DNA of 64,000 bases, taken from Takakia lepidozioides. Taxonomy: Eukaryota; Plantae; Bryophyta. Under the pieces are notes generated by a model. That model was given only the letters and a program-made list of their open reading frames with translations. It searched no databases and was not told the origin of the DNA. Position 1 is the stretch's first letter, and every line of letters starts with the position of its first letter. The stretch covers positions 60,574,001 to 60,638,000 of the forward strand of contig CM060732.1 of the NCBI GenBank assembly GCA_030704615.1, read 5' to 3'. Position numbers and translations under genes: made by a program. This document shows, one piece after another, positions 13,427-26,607 of the stretch.

Positions 13427-15335
13427 TTTTCTTTTCTTTTTTTTGGCACAAGTGAATGCAAGTTTACATTCTCACTGCTAAGAAGATTACAAGGCAGCCC
13501 CTAGCCAGGAGATAAAGGGGCGCCCAACAGGGGCGTGGAGAACACACTAATGAACAAATTGACCCATTCTAGGTCTCCGATAGGACCACATAACATCTCT
13601 ACCAGCCCTGTAAAATAGCAGATGTTGTGACCCCCAAAGCTTGTCAATGAGAGAGGATGTCTTGTTCAGCCATCGGAAAGTCATCTGCTGTTTTAATAGC
13701 CTTTTTCCATGCCATCTTGGCATAGTCAAGGAGGGCTTCCCAGACGAGCTTCTGCAACTTCTCCTGCTGCCACCTGATCCTATTGAAGACAAGATCATTT
13801 CTCTCAATCCACACAAGCCAGAGGATTATGCCTCTCAAAAGTGACCAGATTGGACCAAAAAACTGGAGGCTTTTGGGTAGCTTCTTTTCAAAGAGGCACT
13901 GCCGTAGGTTGAAACACTTCCAAGCCCTTCCTTGAAGAGCATTTGACCTCAACCTGTGAAGGATAGTAATACCCCATTTCCAGGCCCTAACAGCTCGAGG
14001 GCACTCAAAGAATTTGTGCGCAATTGTTTCAGGCACATTGCAATCACACACTATGCACCTTTTATCAATGGAGGTGTCTGCCATCGCTCTCCACTCATTA
14101 ACAGCTATCGCATGGTGCCATAGTGACCAGATGAACGCGGCCTCTTTTTGAGTTCAGGGTCGTTGCCATACCGACTTCCATCTCAACGACGGAGGTATGT
14201 TCCCAACATCCCTCCACTTGTGCTAAATGCTTTTAGAGAGCGCATGTCTGGGACTAATCCACCCTCTGCCCTTCTTTGGAGTGTACGAGAGCAAGTCATC
14301 TTCTCTTTTCCATAGCCATCTACCAGGATCGAAAACTAGGACTCTCAATTTCCCTGCGAACAGTAGGAACTGGGTTTTTGTCGGTCCTTTCTTAACCAAC
14401 ACCACCCTAACCTTTTCGATCGTTCCACCTTGCTCGAGCCAGTGTGTCATCTCTTCTCTCTGAACTTTCCTAAGAATCATGGTTTGGGGACTCACGGAGA
14501 AAACCACAATTGAAGTAGGGGGATGCATGTCTCTAGGCACCCGCCCACAAGCTGGCACAAAGTCAGCATTGGTCTGGAACACAAACTTGGGCGCGAGCTG
14601 ATCTGATTCATTACCGTAATAGCCAACCCACTCGCCTTCTTCAATGTTTGGTTCTCCCTCGTGCATAACTTGTTTCCATTCAGCAGGAATGTTGCCGAGT
14701 ATCCTTTCCCATATCTGGAATTCCACATCCTCTAGTTTGTATTTTGCCTTAGCTAGTTGCCATGATAGAAGGGCATTCTCTTGGGCATCCCATAAATCAC
14801 CTATTTGGCGCAAACCTTTTCTATGCACTTCTACTCGCTCAATGGAGACCCCGAACCTTCCCCCTCGAAACTTCTCTCCCACACCACAGGTTCATCTTCT
14901 TAATCTCCCAAAATTCCTCGAGTGGGGCAGCTAGCGTTACATGCTTGGACATTGCCTTCCATGCCTTAGCAATCTTACTCCAAATGCGGGAACCAAGGAA
15001 TGAGGAATGGCCTTTAACAAAAGCCCACTGAAGATCAGGCAGCCATCTTCTATGCTTTGATGGCTTGCACTTGCTCAACCTGTACCGTAGCAGGGTTTTC
15101 AAGTTTGAATCCCCGGGTTCTAGCGCACTGAGAATCCACTTACATAAGAGTGCTTGCATAGCTTTGTCCGGGTCAATAAGTGACAGCCCTCCCAGTTTCT
15201 TTTTGACACAACAATCAGTCCACTTAATCCGTGATCTGGTTAGATTCTCACTGCAACCTCAAAGATAATTTCTCAGCATTACACGAATCTTGCGTATTGC
15301 CTTGGTAGATCCGCCCCAAACCGACACAAAATACC
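13427..15335 (-). mobile_element. L1/Tx1-like LINE, 3' part (ORF2 C-terminus with zf-RVT, 3' UTR, poly(A)); degraded
   Basis: Minus-strand translation gives WYFVSVWGGS..RIKWTDCCVKKKLGGLSLIDP..AMQALLCKW, CIVCDCNVPETIAHKFFECPRAVRAWKW and WLVWIERNDLVF. A T-rich tract at 13427-13444 is the poly(A) tail. Stops and frameshifts are present. Confidence 0.85.
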
Positions 15336-17189
15336 TGTCAAGTTATTTTACCACTAGTGTGAAACTAGCTAAGAAATAGCTAGCTTTTACATATTGACAT
15401 TTGGGATTGGCCCAAGTGTCAATCCAGGGGTCAAGGCAGATTTAGGCCCTGGAGTGGTTATCTTCACGGCAAGCGCGGGAGGCTCATCTTTCTCGAGTTG
15501 AGCCTCACCGCGCCTAGCTATGGCGCCGTAGTGTGGATTCCCCATGGCGTAGGGTGCACTTGGCTTGACTTGTATTTGAGTGATGAGGTTATATATGCAT
15601 GAGTTTATGCTTCAGCTTTGTGAGCTCGCATGAGCTTGTGCTTGTATTCTTCTTCTTTATCACTCGAGAAAGATCAGCTCGCATCTGTGAGTGCCAGATA
15701 CGAGTTAGTTGTAGCATTTGTGGTTTTTGCTTGAGAATGAGAGAAACCAAGTTGTTATGCAAGGAGCACCGTGGAGCTCTTGGTTGTTAGAAGTGGAGGC
15801 GATGTGGGTTACGAGGTGGTAGACCTTGGCATTCGATCTTCAGCTTCAGAGATGAAAGCACCATGCTGCAGGTAATTCCAGAGCACCTTGATGGTTTCAG
15901 ATTGTGTACATGCATGAGCAAGCACGATTGGGAAGAGGACCAGTCAAGAGCAGGTTATAGTGGCTTTGGTGGCAAAGCTGAGAACTGGACTTGGGAATGC
16001 GAGCTTTCATTGTGTGAAGGATTGCAAAACCAAGCGAAAGGGCTGATTTGGCTTGGGGCAAATCAGTGTACTTTGTGGAGTATGGTGAGATTGGGTTTCA
16101 ATCTCGAGCTTCAGCATTGAGAGGGCTCTTGTCATGGCAAGAGCAGGGCTGGAACAGGAGCTAAGAGGTGCGGCAAGGCCATGGAATGTGCACCTAGGGT
16201 TTCAGAGCTTGGAAGAAGAGCTCTTGCACCACAAGAGAAGTGTCTTGTGGCTGGAAATGTAAGCCTTAGGGTTTCAGGAGCTTGACAAAGGCTGTGGAGT
16301 GCTTAGTCTTGTCTTAGAGAGCATCAAGGAGCCAATGAGCCAAGATAGGGGGCTGATATCTCGTGTGTGAAGAGGTTGCATGTGTGGAGCATGTATTCAG
16401 CTCATTGAAGCTTCCATCTTCAAGCTTGGAGGGCAAGCAAGAAAGAGGGAAGGGCTGACTTCCCTTATGTGAGGGCAATGCATGTGTGGAGCATGCTATC
16501 AGCCTGGTGAAGGCTTGCACTTTCAGGTGTGGGAGTGCAAGAAAGGAAGGAAGGGGCTGGTTTCCCTGTAGGGCATGTGGAGCATGCTTTCAGCCTGCTG
16601 AAGCTTGTATTTTCAGGTTTGTGGGTGCAAGAAATGAAGCAAAGGAGCTAATTCTCTTATGGTGAGAGTGGGGCATGTGTGGAGCATGCCTTCAGCCTAT
16701 TGAGGCTCTTGTTTTCAAGCTTTAGAGAGCTAGAACGGAAGGTCTAGGGCTGGTTTCCACTTGGAGTGAAAGAAAAGCACTTGTAGGGCCTATGTGAGTT
16801 GGGGTTTCAACTTCAAGCTTGAAGGGAGCGCAACTCTTGAAGTAGCAGGTGTAGGGGGCTGGAATAGGCTCTAAGACAGATGCTATGGCCAAGGAGAGTG
16901 CTTGAATGAGTGCTCACAAGGGCTGGGAACCAGCAGGACTTGGTTGTTTGCCATTGAGTTTAGTGGCGTGTTTGGGGAGGCTAAGTGAGAAAGAAGGCTT
17001 GGTTTGTGGCAACCACCTCATGGCTTAGGGCTACTATGGTGGTGTGTGGGAGCTGAAAGAGCAAGAATACCTTGCTGATTTCCTCACAGCCGCCATAGCT
17101 CGGTGGAAAGAAGCCTAGAGTCCAAGAGACACAAACCCTAGCTTGGCGTGGCTAAACCCCTTGGAGAAATGGCTAAACTGCCAGAGCGG

Positions 17190-18695
17190 GTGTGCCGGGC
17201 TGCGCCGGTGGCCTTCAGGGCTGTGACGGGCTGTGAGGGGCTGTGCCGGTGGCCTTTTGGGGCTGTGATGGGCTGTGAGGGGCTGTCACGAGCTGCGCCA
17301 GTGGCCTTCGGGGTTGTGACGGGCTGTGACGGGTTGCGCCCCTGGCCTTTGGGGCTGTGAAGGGCTGTGAGGGGTTGTGATAGGCTGTGCCCGTGGCCTT
17401 TGGGGCTGTGAGGGGCTGTGAGGGGCTGTGACAGGCCGTGCCTGAGGCCTTTGGGGCTGTGAGGGGCTGTGAGGGGCTGTGATAGGCTGTGCCCGTGGCC
17501 TTTGGGGCTGTGATGGGCTGTGAGGGGCCGTGCCTGAGGCCTCTGGGGCTGTGACGGGTTGTGAGGGGCTGTGACAAGCCGTGCCTGAGGCCTTTGGGGC
17601 TGTGACGGGCTGTGAGGGGCTGTGTCAGGCCGTGCCTGAGGCCTTTGGGGCTGTGAGGGGCTGTGCCGGGCTGCGCCGGTGGCCTTCAGGGGGGCTGTGA
17701 CGGGCTGTGAGGGCCTGTGACGGGCTACGCCGGTGGCCTTGGGGGCTGTGATGGGCTGTGAGGGGCTGTGCCGGTGGCCTTTTGGGGCTGTGATAGGCTG
17801 TGCCCGTGGCTTTTAGGGCTGTGATGGGTTGTGAGGGGCTGTGACAGGCCGTGCCTGAGGCCTTTGGGGCTGTGAGGGGCTGTGACAGGCCGTGCCTGAG
17901 GCCTTTGGGGCTGTGACGGGCTATGAGGGGCTGTGTCAGGCCGTGCCTGAGGCCTTTGGGGCTGTGAGGGGCTGTGGCGAGCTGTGACGGGCTGTGACAG
18001 GTTGTGCCCAGTGGCCTGTGGGGCTGTGACGGGCTGTGCGGGGCTGTGATAGGTTGTGCCCAGTGGCCTGTGGGGTTGTGACGGGCTGTGAGGGGCTGTG
18101 ACAGGCTGTGCCTGTGGCCTTTGGGGCTGTGAGGGGCTGTGACAGGCCGTGCCTGAGGCCTTTGGGGCTGTGACATGCTGTGAGGGGCTGTGTCAGGCCG
18201 TGCCTGAGGCCTTTGGGGCTGTGACATGCTGTGAGGGGCTGTGTCAGGCCGTGCCTGAGGCCTTTGGGGCTGTGAGGGGCTGTGGCGAGCTGTGACGGGC
18301 TGTGACAGGCGGTGCCCAGTGGCCTGTGGGGCTGTGACGGGCTGTGCGGGGCTGTGACAGGCTGTGCCCAGTGGCCTGTGGAGCTGTGAGGGGCTGTGAC
18401 AGGCCGTGCCTGAGGCCTTTGGGGCTGTGACGGGCTGTGAGGGGATGTGACAGGCCATGCCTGAGGCCTTTAGGGCTGTGACGGGCTGTGACGGGCTATG
18501 TCAGGCCGTGCCTGAGGCCTTTGGGGCTGTGAGGGGCTGTGGCGAGCTGTGACGGGCTGTGAGGGGCTGTGACAGGCTGTGCCCAGTGGCCTGTGGGGCT
18601 GTGACGGGCTGTGACAGGCTATGGCGAGCTGTGACGGGCTATGAGGGGCTGTGACAGGCTGTGCCCAGTGGCCTGTGGGACTGTGACGGCTGTGA
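17190..18695. repeat. Element-internal tandem array, ~51-bp unit built from ~10-bp GGGCTGTGA(C/G) sub-motifs
   Basis: Direct reading. The homologous array in copy 2 is at 44465-46452. Confidence 0.92.
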
Positions 18696-19429
18696 CCAGT
18701 GAGCTGTGTGGGCCTGTGCTGGTCTGTGGTGGCCCGTGTTGACCTGTGGAAGGCCTGTGCTCACTCGTGGAGGCACTGGTGGACTGCCTAAGGACTGACA
18801 TGTGGTCTTGAAGGCCGAATTTTGAAGCTCGTGGAGGGCGGTTTGAGGAGTATCTTCATGATATTCCCATGGTCATGCAAGTGAGGGAAGAGAGGAGAGG
18901 AAGAGTGTTGGGATGAGGGCATGCTGGGGTTAGGCATTGTTTTAGCTTCTCTTCCTCGTAGTTTCCACCCTCTCATTAGGCCAAGACCTTTCCGTAGGTG
19001 GAGGCAAGAGTCAGTCCGGGTTTGGGCTGGGGTGTCATGGCAGGAGCAACACCGTGGAGTTGTTTTTGGTGTGGGGGAGTTGTTGTTCTGATTTCTTGTG
19101 TTTGGATCCCCGCCATACCTGCATGCTTGACTGTACGCCATGCTAGTTTTGTGTGGGCGCTTGTTTTTATAGGTGATTGGTCTGGATTTGATCACCGGCC
19201 AGTCCTAGAGCATGTTGTCGATGGTGAGGCTGGGGTGATGACCAGACAGACCATCATTGTTTCTCCTGTGGTGAGGTTGGAGGTGATGACCAGCCATAGG
19301 AGTGCTTGCAGTGGATGCACGTACAGGTGTAGGCTATGTTAGGAACTTAGTATTCCAAACCATAAGCCGCAACAGGTTCTCTACCCGGTTACCTTGTGGA
19401 GAGGAGGTTAGGGACATGTTCATGACCGG

Positions 19430-22400
19430 TTGAGTGTCAACACGGAGGTGCCACTAGTTGCTGGGGACAGTGCCGGTTTGAGCACTAGCGATACTAGTGG
19501 GTACACGAGACGAGGTGTGCGGTTTAGGCCACCTTCACCTCCTGTGTCTTCTACGGAAGGTCTGATTCGGATTGTGAATCAGAGCTTGCAAGAGTTCCAA
19601 CGGAAGCCGACCGAGAGCTTGAGGGAGGCTTTCACTCGCATGAGGCGCTTGATAAATGTAACCCAAGGGGTTACGGAAGCTCAGGCAGTCCAATTCTGGT
19701 ATGGGATATTGGACAAGGAGCTGAGTAGAAGGGTGCAGGATGCAACTCTCCTACAAGCGGCCCAACCTACCTTAGCAAATGTGTTTTTGCTGGCAGAGCG
19801 GATAGAGCTCAACATGGTGGAGGAACGAGTGGTCATGGTGGGATTTGCTAAGGAGACACCACGGGGTAGTGGTACTCCTAACCAACCACTACCTCAACGT
19901 GCTCAAGGCAACAAGGGGGCTCAGGTGAAGCTCAGGGAAGGGCAGAGAGGACCTCAGATGCAGGGGTCTCTCCCTTCATTTGCTGGCCAACAACGGGCGG
20001 ATGTGGTGTGCTGGACATGTGGAGGACCCCATGTCAAGAAGGATTGCCCAGAGGGAGGCAAAGGGCCGGCACATGCACAGCCTGCACAGTTGCAGTGTGG
20101 GCATTGTGGCAAGCACGGGCATGGAGAGGCCCAGTGTTATGGTTTGCATCCTGAGTTGCGCCCAGGCCAGTTCCAAGGGAACAATGGTGGCCGGGGGCGA
20201 GGTGGAGCAGCCCAGAAAGGACGAGGTGGCCAGCCACGAGGTGCAGGCCAAGGGCAAGCTCAACATGGCCAAGGACGCGGAGGTCAGGGGGTTGACCAAG
20301 GCATGGCCAACCGGCTTTAGCAGCTAGAGCAGAGGCTCGCTGCCATGGCTACAGCTCAGGTGGTACCGGCTCTAAGGCCGGATGGTCCACCTCCTGCTCC
20401 TGAGGGAGGAGATATGGGAGGCATGGGATTCATGTGTGGAGCAACACTACCACTAGTGCAGGTGGAGTCTGCTGCAGCCGTGACTCGAGGAGCAGCACAA
20501 GTTCCTGAGCCACGAGGTGCAGAGGTGGCGTTGGATCCACAACGTGGGGAGGCAAGCCATCAGGCTAGGCTTCCTCAGTCATTCACATTGGCGGAGACAG
20601 TGTCGACGCCATCCATGGCACCTAGTTCTCGCCCGACTGTTACCAAGGCAGAGGTTACTATGCCATTGAGGAGAGCTACACGGGTAGCACCACTACCTAG
20701 TGTTGCCAAGGCTACGGCAGCTAGTGTGCTGCTAGGAGCGGCCACATCTGTGTGCCAGGCTCCATTGTTCTCGGCTACCATGATTGCGACGCCGAGGGTA
20801 AGACCAGCTGAGGTGTTCAGGCTGGCAGCTACACTTTGTGAGAGTGGGGAGGTTACTTCATCTTCTGCGGAGATAGTGGGAGGTGTAGTGCCGGAGGGAT
20901 CCTCGGATTTGAGAGTCAAGACTGCCACGGCGGTGCCATGGCAAGCTGCAGCTGCTAGGTTGATGGAGCTGCCAGTTAGGCTAGCCATTGAGCGCGCCAT
21001 GGTGACACCTGGAGTTGTCATGTTAGACAACCAGGATGGCATTTTCTGTTTGAGTGGACCGGCAGGCAAGAGGTACCGGCCACTGCGGGTCTTGTTGGAC
21101 TCGGGAGCTCAGCCATTGATGCTGGGCAAAGCTGCTATTGCAGGCTTGGGCCTCACAGAGGCGGATATGGAGCCTTGTCATTTCCAGATACAGACGTCTC
21201 TGGGAGGATCGGAGCAGGCTCGGGGCATGACACGGCGTGAGTTGGCTATCAGACTATGGCCGGATCACCCTACAGATGGCTCAGTGATGCGAGCCAAGGC
21301 CATTGTGACAGACGCGGTCTCATACGATGTCCTGGTTGGTGGGGCAGTGTTGTACCCCATGGGCTTCACCCTGGATTTTTGGGAGGAGTCAGCTTCCTAT
21401 AGGCCTGCATGGCAGTCAGGGGAGGGCCGGCGTGTGCAGCTCCCTGTGACATTCATTGGAGGAGTTGCGGTTGCCCAGCGAGGCAAGATGCCGATACTAG
21501 CAGCATTCACAGCGGCAGTGAGTTGGCCTAGAGAGTTGCTTGAGGGCAACGCTCATTCAGAGGATGTGCCACCTCCGGGAGAGCAGGATGACATGTATGG
21601 TATGGCGGAGTTGCCTACCATGGTTACTCAGACTCCATTGTGGGGCACGAGCAAGGATTTGCAGCGGGATGCTGATCGACGGGTGCAACAAGCCTGGGTG
21701 GAGGCTTTTGTACCGTCAGGAGAGGAGGAGGGTGCGGGGATTGCACCAGGACCACCTCAGTTGTCGCCATTGGACACCACACCTATTGTGTGTCAGTATC
21801 CGGATGAAGGCATTTGTTTTCTGGACTTGTTTGGCGGGATCAACACCGGATTGGCTGCTGTGTTACAGGCAGATGTACGAGTTCAGCATTACCTGTATGT
21901 GGAGAGGGATGAGACTGCACGACGCATTTCACTTCGCCATATTGCTCAGTTGGTGCAGCGGTACCTTGACTTGTTGTCGGTGTCTGCAATTCGTGGATAT
22001 CAGCAGGCCTTGCCAGCAGACATTTCGTTGTTGGGGGTGCAGGATTTAGAGCGGGTTGGCTCCATTGATCTGGTAGTGGCAGGTTGGCCCTGCCAAGGGC
22101 ATTCATCAGCCGGGCATGGCAATGGATTGCGAGACTCGAGGTCGGGTCTGTTTTGGGAGATGGTGCGGGTTTTGCGCCACTTGCAGCTTCATCAAGCTGT
22201 ATCTCCAGCATACATCTTAGAGAATGTGCCACTGATGGGCGATTCTCGGGCCAAGGTGATGGCCAGTGTGCATCAAGTCCGGTCGTGGCTTGGGTCAGCA
22301 GTGTTGCTAGATGCAGCTACAGTGGGGTCATGGGCTCATCGTCCACGGCTATGGTGGACTAACTTGTGCCACCTGCACTGCTCAAGCGTGCATTTGATGG

Positions 22401-23056
22401 GGTGCAGCGGCCAGCACACCTCATAGTGGATAGCATTTTGGACACAAGGAGGCAGTCTCAACGTGTGAGATGCGATGACCATTCGCCTTTGGCAGTGGTC
22501 AACAGGATGGGTCAACCACGAGCAGCATTACCTACACTGTTCAGCTTTCCAGGATCTCATGCTTTCCGGGATAGTGGACCAGGCCTCCTGTGGGATGCTC
22601 AGTTGCAGCAGTTAGTGGAGCCTAATGCCGACGAGCGAGAGCGGGCTATGGGGTTTTCCACTGGGACCACGGCGGTGCCTTCTCTTTCTGGCATCACGTC
22701 GTCAGGTGTTGGGGCAAGCAATGGATCTCAATTGCTTGACCTGGATTATCAGCTTGGCTATGGTTGAGCAACGTAGAGTGCGGAGTGCACTTCCCTTTAC
22801 GGTCTCTCTGCCTACCGAGACGGTACAGGCAGTGAGTGGGGGCGAGCCGGTGAGGACCACAGGGCGTATTCATCCATGGCACACGTGGGAGGTGCTCGAG
22901 GTTCAGAGGGAGTTGGCAGCCAAGGCGGCTGTGATAGATGAGGTTGGGGATTTTTCTCGGGTTGAGGAGGTCCTCAATGATGAAATGATGGGGTCGGATG
23001 AGGTCTTGTCATTGACTGAGCAGGCAGGGAGTACTGCTCAAGAGGTTGCAGCATAG
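19430..23056 (+). pseudogene. Copy 1 ORF1: Gag (internally deleted) - 2 Zn knuckles - aspartic protease - C5 cytosine methyltransferase; disrupted
   Basis: CWTCGGPHVKKDC, CGHCGKHGHGEAQC, VLLDSGAQ, FLDLFGG, AGWPCQGHS, YILENV, AHRPRLWWTN, ERERAMGF, RRQVLGQAMD. Stop at 20318, frameshifts at ~22365 and ~22690. Ends at TAG 23054-23056. Confidence 0.9.
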
Positions 23057-26000
23057 CAACCACGGGACGTGTCCTCTATCTCTAAGCCCACTGGACTTAA
23101 GGTTGCAGTTACGGAGGACAATTGGGAGCCTGACATTGGACCCATTGTCACCGGAGGAGAGAGACGACGTATACGGCGGTTCCTGAGGGCTTACAGGAAT
23201 TGCTTTGCCTTCAGTTTGAAGGACTTGGGAGCACTGAAGGGTCAAGAGATCCGTATTGAGTTGGCCACTGACACGCCAATCTTTCGGAGACCCTATAGAT
23301 ACAGTGACATGGAGAGGTCTTTGATTTAGATGAGGACTCAAGATCTCTGGGAGGCAGGTTTGGTGGAGCTCTCTGGTGGAGAGTATGCTTCAGCCATAGT
23401 GATGCCAGCCAAGAAGGATGTCTATGGCAATTGGACGGAGAGACGTATGTGCGGTGATTACCGGCCTGTAAATCGTCAGACCAAGTCCGATAAGTATGCC
23501 ATGCCAACACCAGAGGAGATCTTTGATGCCATCGGGCATGCTAAGGCCTTTAGCACTTTGGATTTACGATCCGAATATCACCAGTTGTCAATCAAGGAGG
23601 CGGACAAGCAGAAGACGGCATTCTGGGGGATCAATGAGCACGGCAAGGATTGCCTATATCAGTGGCGGTTCTTACCATTTGGGCTTAAGAATGCTCTTGC
23701 AGAGTTTCAGAGAGTCATGGATAGGATTCTAGCAGGGGTGGACTTTGCTCGGTGCTACATAGATGACATCATCATCTTTAGTGTTACGATGGAGGAGCAT
23801 GAGAGACACCTTCAGGTGGTATTGGAGCGCTTGAGAGCGCACGGATTGAAGTTGCATCCGGGGAAGTGCAAGTTTTTCCACAACCAGATTGAGTATCTGG
23901 GTCACATGATATATCCTGGAGGATTGGGGTACAGCAGACTAAGGTAGAGGCCATTGCACAAATTCCACGCCCCACGGATGTGAGCCGAGTTTGAGCTTTC
24001 ATGGGGTTGGCAAACTATTATAGACAGTTTGTCAAGGGATTTAGTACCATTGCAAAGGCTCTAACCAAGCTGACCAAGGTGGACCAGGAGTGGCAGTGGA
24101 AAGATGAGCAGGAACGAGCTTTTCAAGAGCTCAAGGCGAGGTTGACCTCGGCGCCTATCCTGAGACGACCTATCAAGGGGCGTCCCTTTCAGCCGCATAC
24201 GGATTGGAGCATGCTGGGGCTTGGAGCGGTGTTCACACAGGTGGATGATGAGGGAAGAAAGTTTGTAGTGGCTTATGCTAGCCACTCGAACAACGCTGCA
24301 GAGGCTAAGTACAGCTCATATGAGGGAGAGTGCTTAGCTGCAGTGTGGGCCGTGACACACTTCAGGTGCTATCTATACGGCAATCTTTTCACTCTTGTCA
24401 CGGATCACCAGCCACTCAAGTGGTTGATGGAGTCAGATAAGCTTACGGGGAAGCTTGCACGGTGGGCACTCATACTCCAGGAGTATGACTTTTAGATTGT
24501 GCATCAACCGGGTTTGGTCAATCGGGATGCGGATGGATTGAGTCGCAATCCATGCATGAGCCAGCAGGATGACACTGGAGCTCGGTGGCATGGTGAGACA
24601 GACGAGGAGATGGTGCCGGGATGGCACGAATCTGTATTTTTGTGTATCTTGGCATCGGGAGGTCAGGTTGGACCTACAACAGGGATGACTGTAGACGGAG
24701 TGTCTGAGGACTCTGAGGCTAGTGATGAGCCAGGTAGTGCCAGAGATATACATGAGGATTCGGCTGTGTTGGACTACCTCCGCACGGGAGACACGGCAGC
24801 CACTGTGACTGTCAGGGAGAGGGATCGGATCCTGCAACGAGCCAAGAGGTTCAAGTGGGAGGGGATACACCTACTTTGAGTGTGGGAGGATGGTCAGGTG
24901 AGGATTGTGCCTCACCCCACACAGCGTGCACGGTTAGTGCGGCATGCCCATGAGGAGTTGGGGCATTTTGGAGTGCGACGCACTCACAGTTTACTGCAAG
25001 GGCAGTATTGGTGGCGTGGTATGCATACAGAGGTGCAACAGTTCGTGGCTAGTGCATGGTGTGTGATAGGGTGGCGTGCTTCATTCAACACCCCTACACC
25101 ACAGTTGCATCCTTTACCAATCATGGGATTGGGCTACAGGTGGAGTCTTGACTTCGCAGGACCGTTGCCACTGACTGTGCGCCACCACAGATATGTGTTG
25201 GTGATGGTGGAGCACTTTTCTAAGTGGATTGAGTTGGTTCCATTGCCTGACAAGGCTAGTGAGGGGGCTGCGTATGCATTCTTGGATCGTGTGCTTAGCC
25301 GATTTGGTGCTCCAGCTGAGGTACTCACGGACCAAGGGAGAGAGTTCTTGGGGGAGTTTCAGGCTTTGTGTGATAAAGCCTTGATAGACCACCGCACCAC
25401 TTCTCGGGATCATCCTGAGGCCGATGGCTTAGCAGAGAGAGTTGTTCAGACGGTGAAGAGGGGTTTGCGCAAGTATGGCTTGCAGAAAGGACACCTAGGA
25501 GATTGGGATCTTCAGGTTCCTTGCTTAGCCATGGGCTACAGGTTCAGCAAACAAGCATCACTTGCCTCCTTCTCACCATATTTCCTTCTCTTTGGCCGAG
25601 AGCCGGATTTGCCTGCAGCCATTCGTAGGGACACTGCTCAAGTCCTTAACCTTGACGATCCGGACGTGTGGGTACGTGCATGTGATCAGCGTGCAGAGTT
25701 GTTCAAGAAAGTCATGCCCATGGCTTTTGAGAACCTTGCCATTGCACAGCACCGTGATACGTTGAGGTATGCCACTATACGTGGTGGAGGATATCATCCT
25801 GGGGTTCGGAGGTTTAGCCTTGGTGACTATGTTTATTTGCAGCAGACTACTCCTACGACTCTGGATGTTACTGCAGGGCGTGTTATTCTGAGGGTTCGAG
25901 AGGTGTTGCCCTCAGGGGTCCTGATCTTGGAGGGTCGGGATGGCATGACTTGGAAGGACCATGTGCGTAATTGTGCGTCATGTCACCTTCCCAATGTCGA

Positions 26001-26189
26001 TGGCAGAGTTGACCCAAACTGGCAGTGGTACCTGCAGGTTTGAGGTGCATGCTCTGTGGGTCTGCCAAAGGGGCAGCCACCATGCTGGTGTGTGATCGAT
26101 GCTCAAGGGGTTGGCATATGGGATGCTTGACACCACCTCTTGAGAAGGTTCCTGACGGACATTGGTTGTGTCCACACTGCTTGGGATAG
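23057..26189 (+). pseudogene. Copy 1 pol: RT - RNase H - DDE integrase - PHD finger; disrupted
   Basis: RMCGDYRPVN, LPFGLKNA, YIDD, TDWS, YEGECLA, HEELGHFG, SLDFAG..TDQG..AER, and a PHD motif CMLC..CDRC..WHMGC..WLCPHC after a frameshift at ~26020. Stops at 23327, 23992, 24493 and 24877. Confidence 0.92.
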
Positions 26190-26607
26190 TGGCAATGGAC
26201 ATGACTGGAGGCAGCTAACAAGACATGGGAGGCCAAGCTCATAGGAGTCAATACATGAGATTCCAAGCTCAAGTTCACAGGTTGCAAGATGGCGACTAAC
26301 GATGGGGCAACTCTTGCACCCGGCCTCTTGATCTATCGAGTTTGAGTGTAGTAGGGATAGTGGTGGAGGACTTAGTGAGGCTATGGTCACTATCACATCT
26401 TGTGGCTACCTGGACTTAGAGGGACCTAAGCACCAGCTAGGGGGGCGATTGTGTGGACTAGTGACTGCCATAGTGGGCAGCATAGTGGCAGCCTAGTGAC
26501 TGACTTGTAGCCTAGTGGTTGGACTAGTGGCTGGACTAGTGGTATACTAGTGTGTGGTGTGCACATGTGTTGTGTGGTTTTGGACAGCGATATGTATGCG
26601 CACAACA

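Larger units (their letters stand above)
15336..26607 (+). mobile_element. Ty3/Gypsy-like DNMT-carrying retroelement, copy 1 (A-internal-B, no paired LTRs), 4-bp TSD TACC
   Basis: Termini TGTCAAG...GCACAACA. TACC at 15332-15335 and 26608-26611. It splits the LINE ORF exactly (SSTLW|YFVSVW). Highly similar to 36257-48310 in reverse. Confidence 0.93.

Noticed and set aside
17190-18695. Regular repeat array as a possible CRISPR
   Set aside because: No unique spacers, no cas genes, and the context is eukaryotic.
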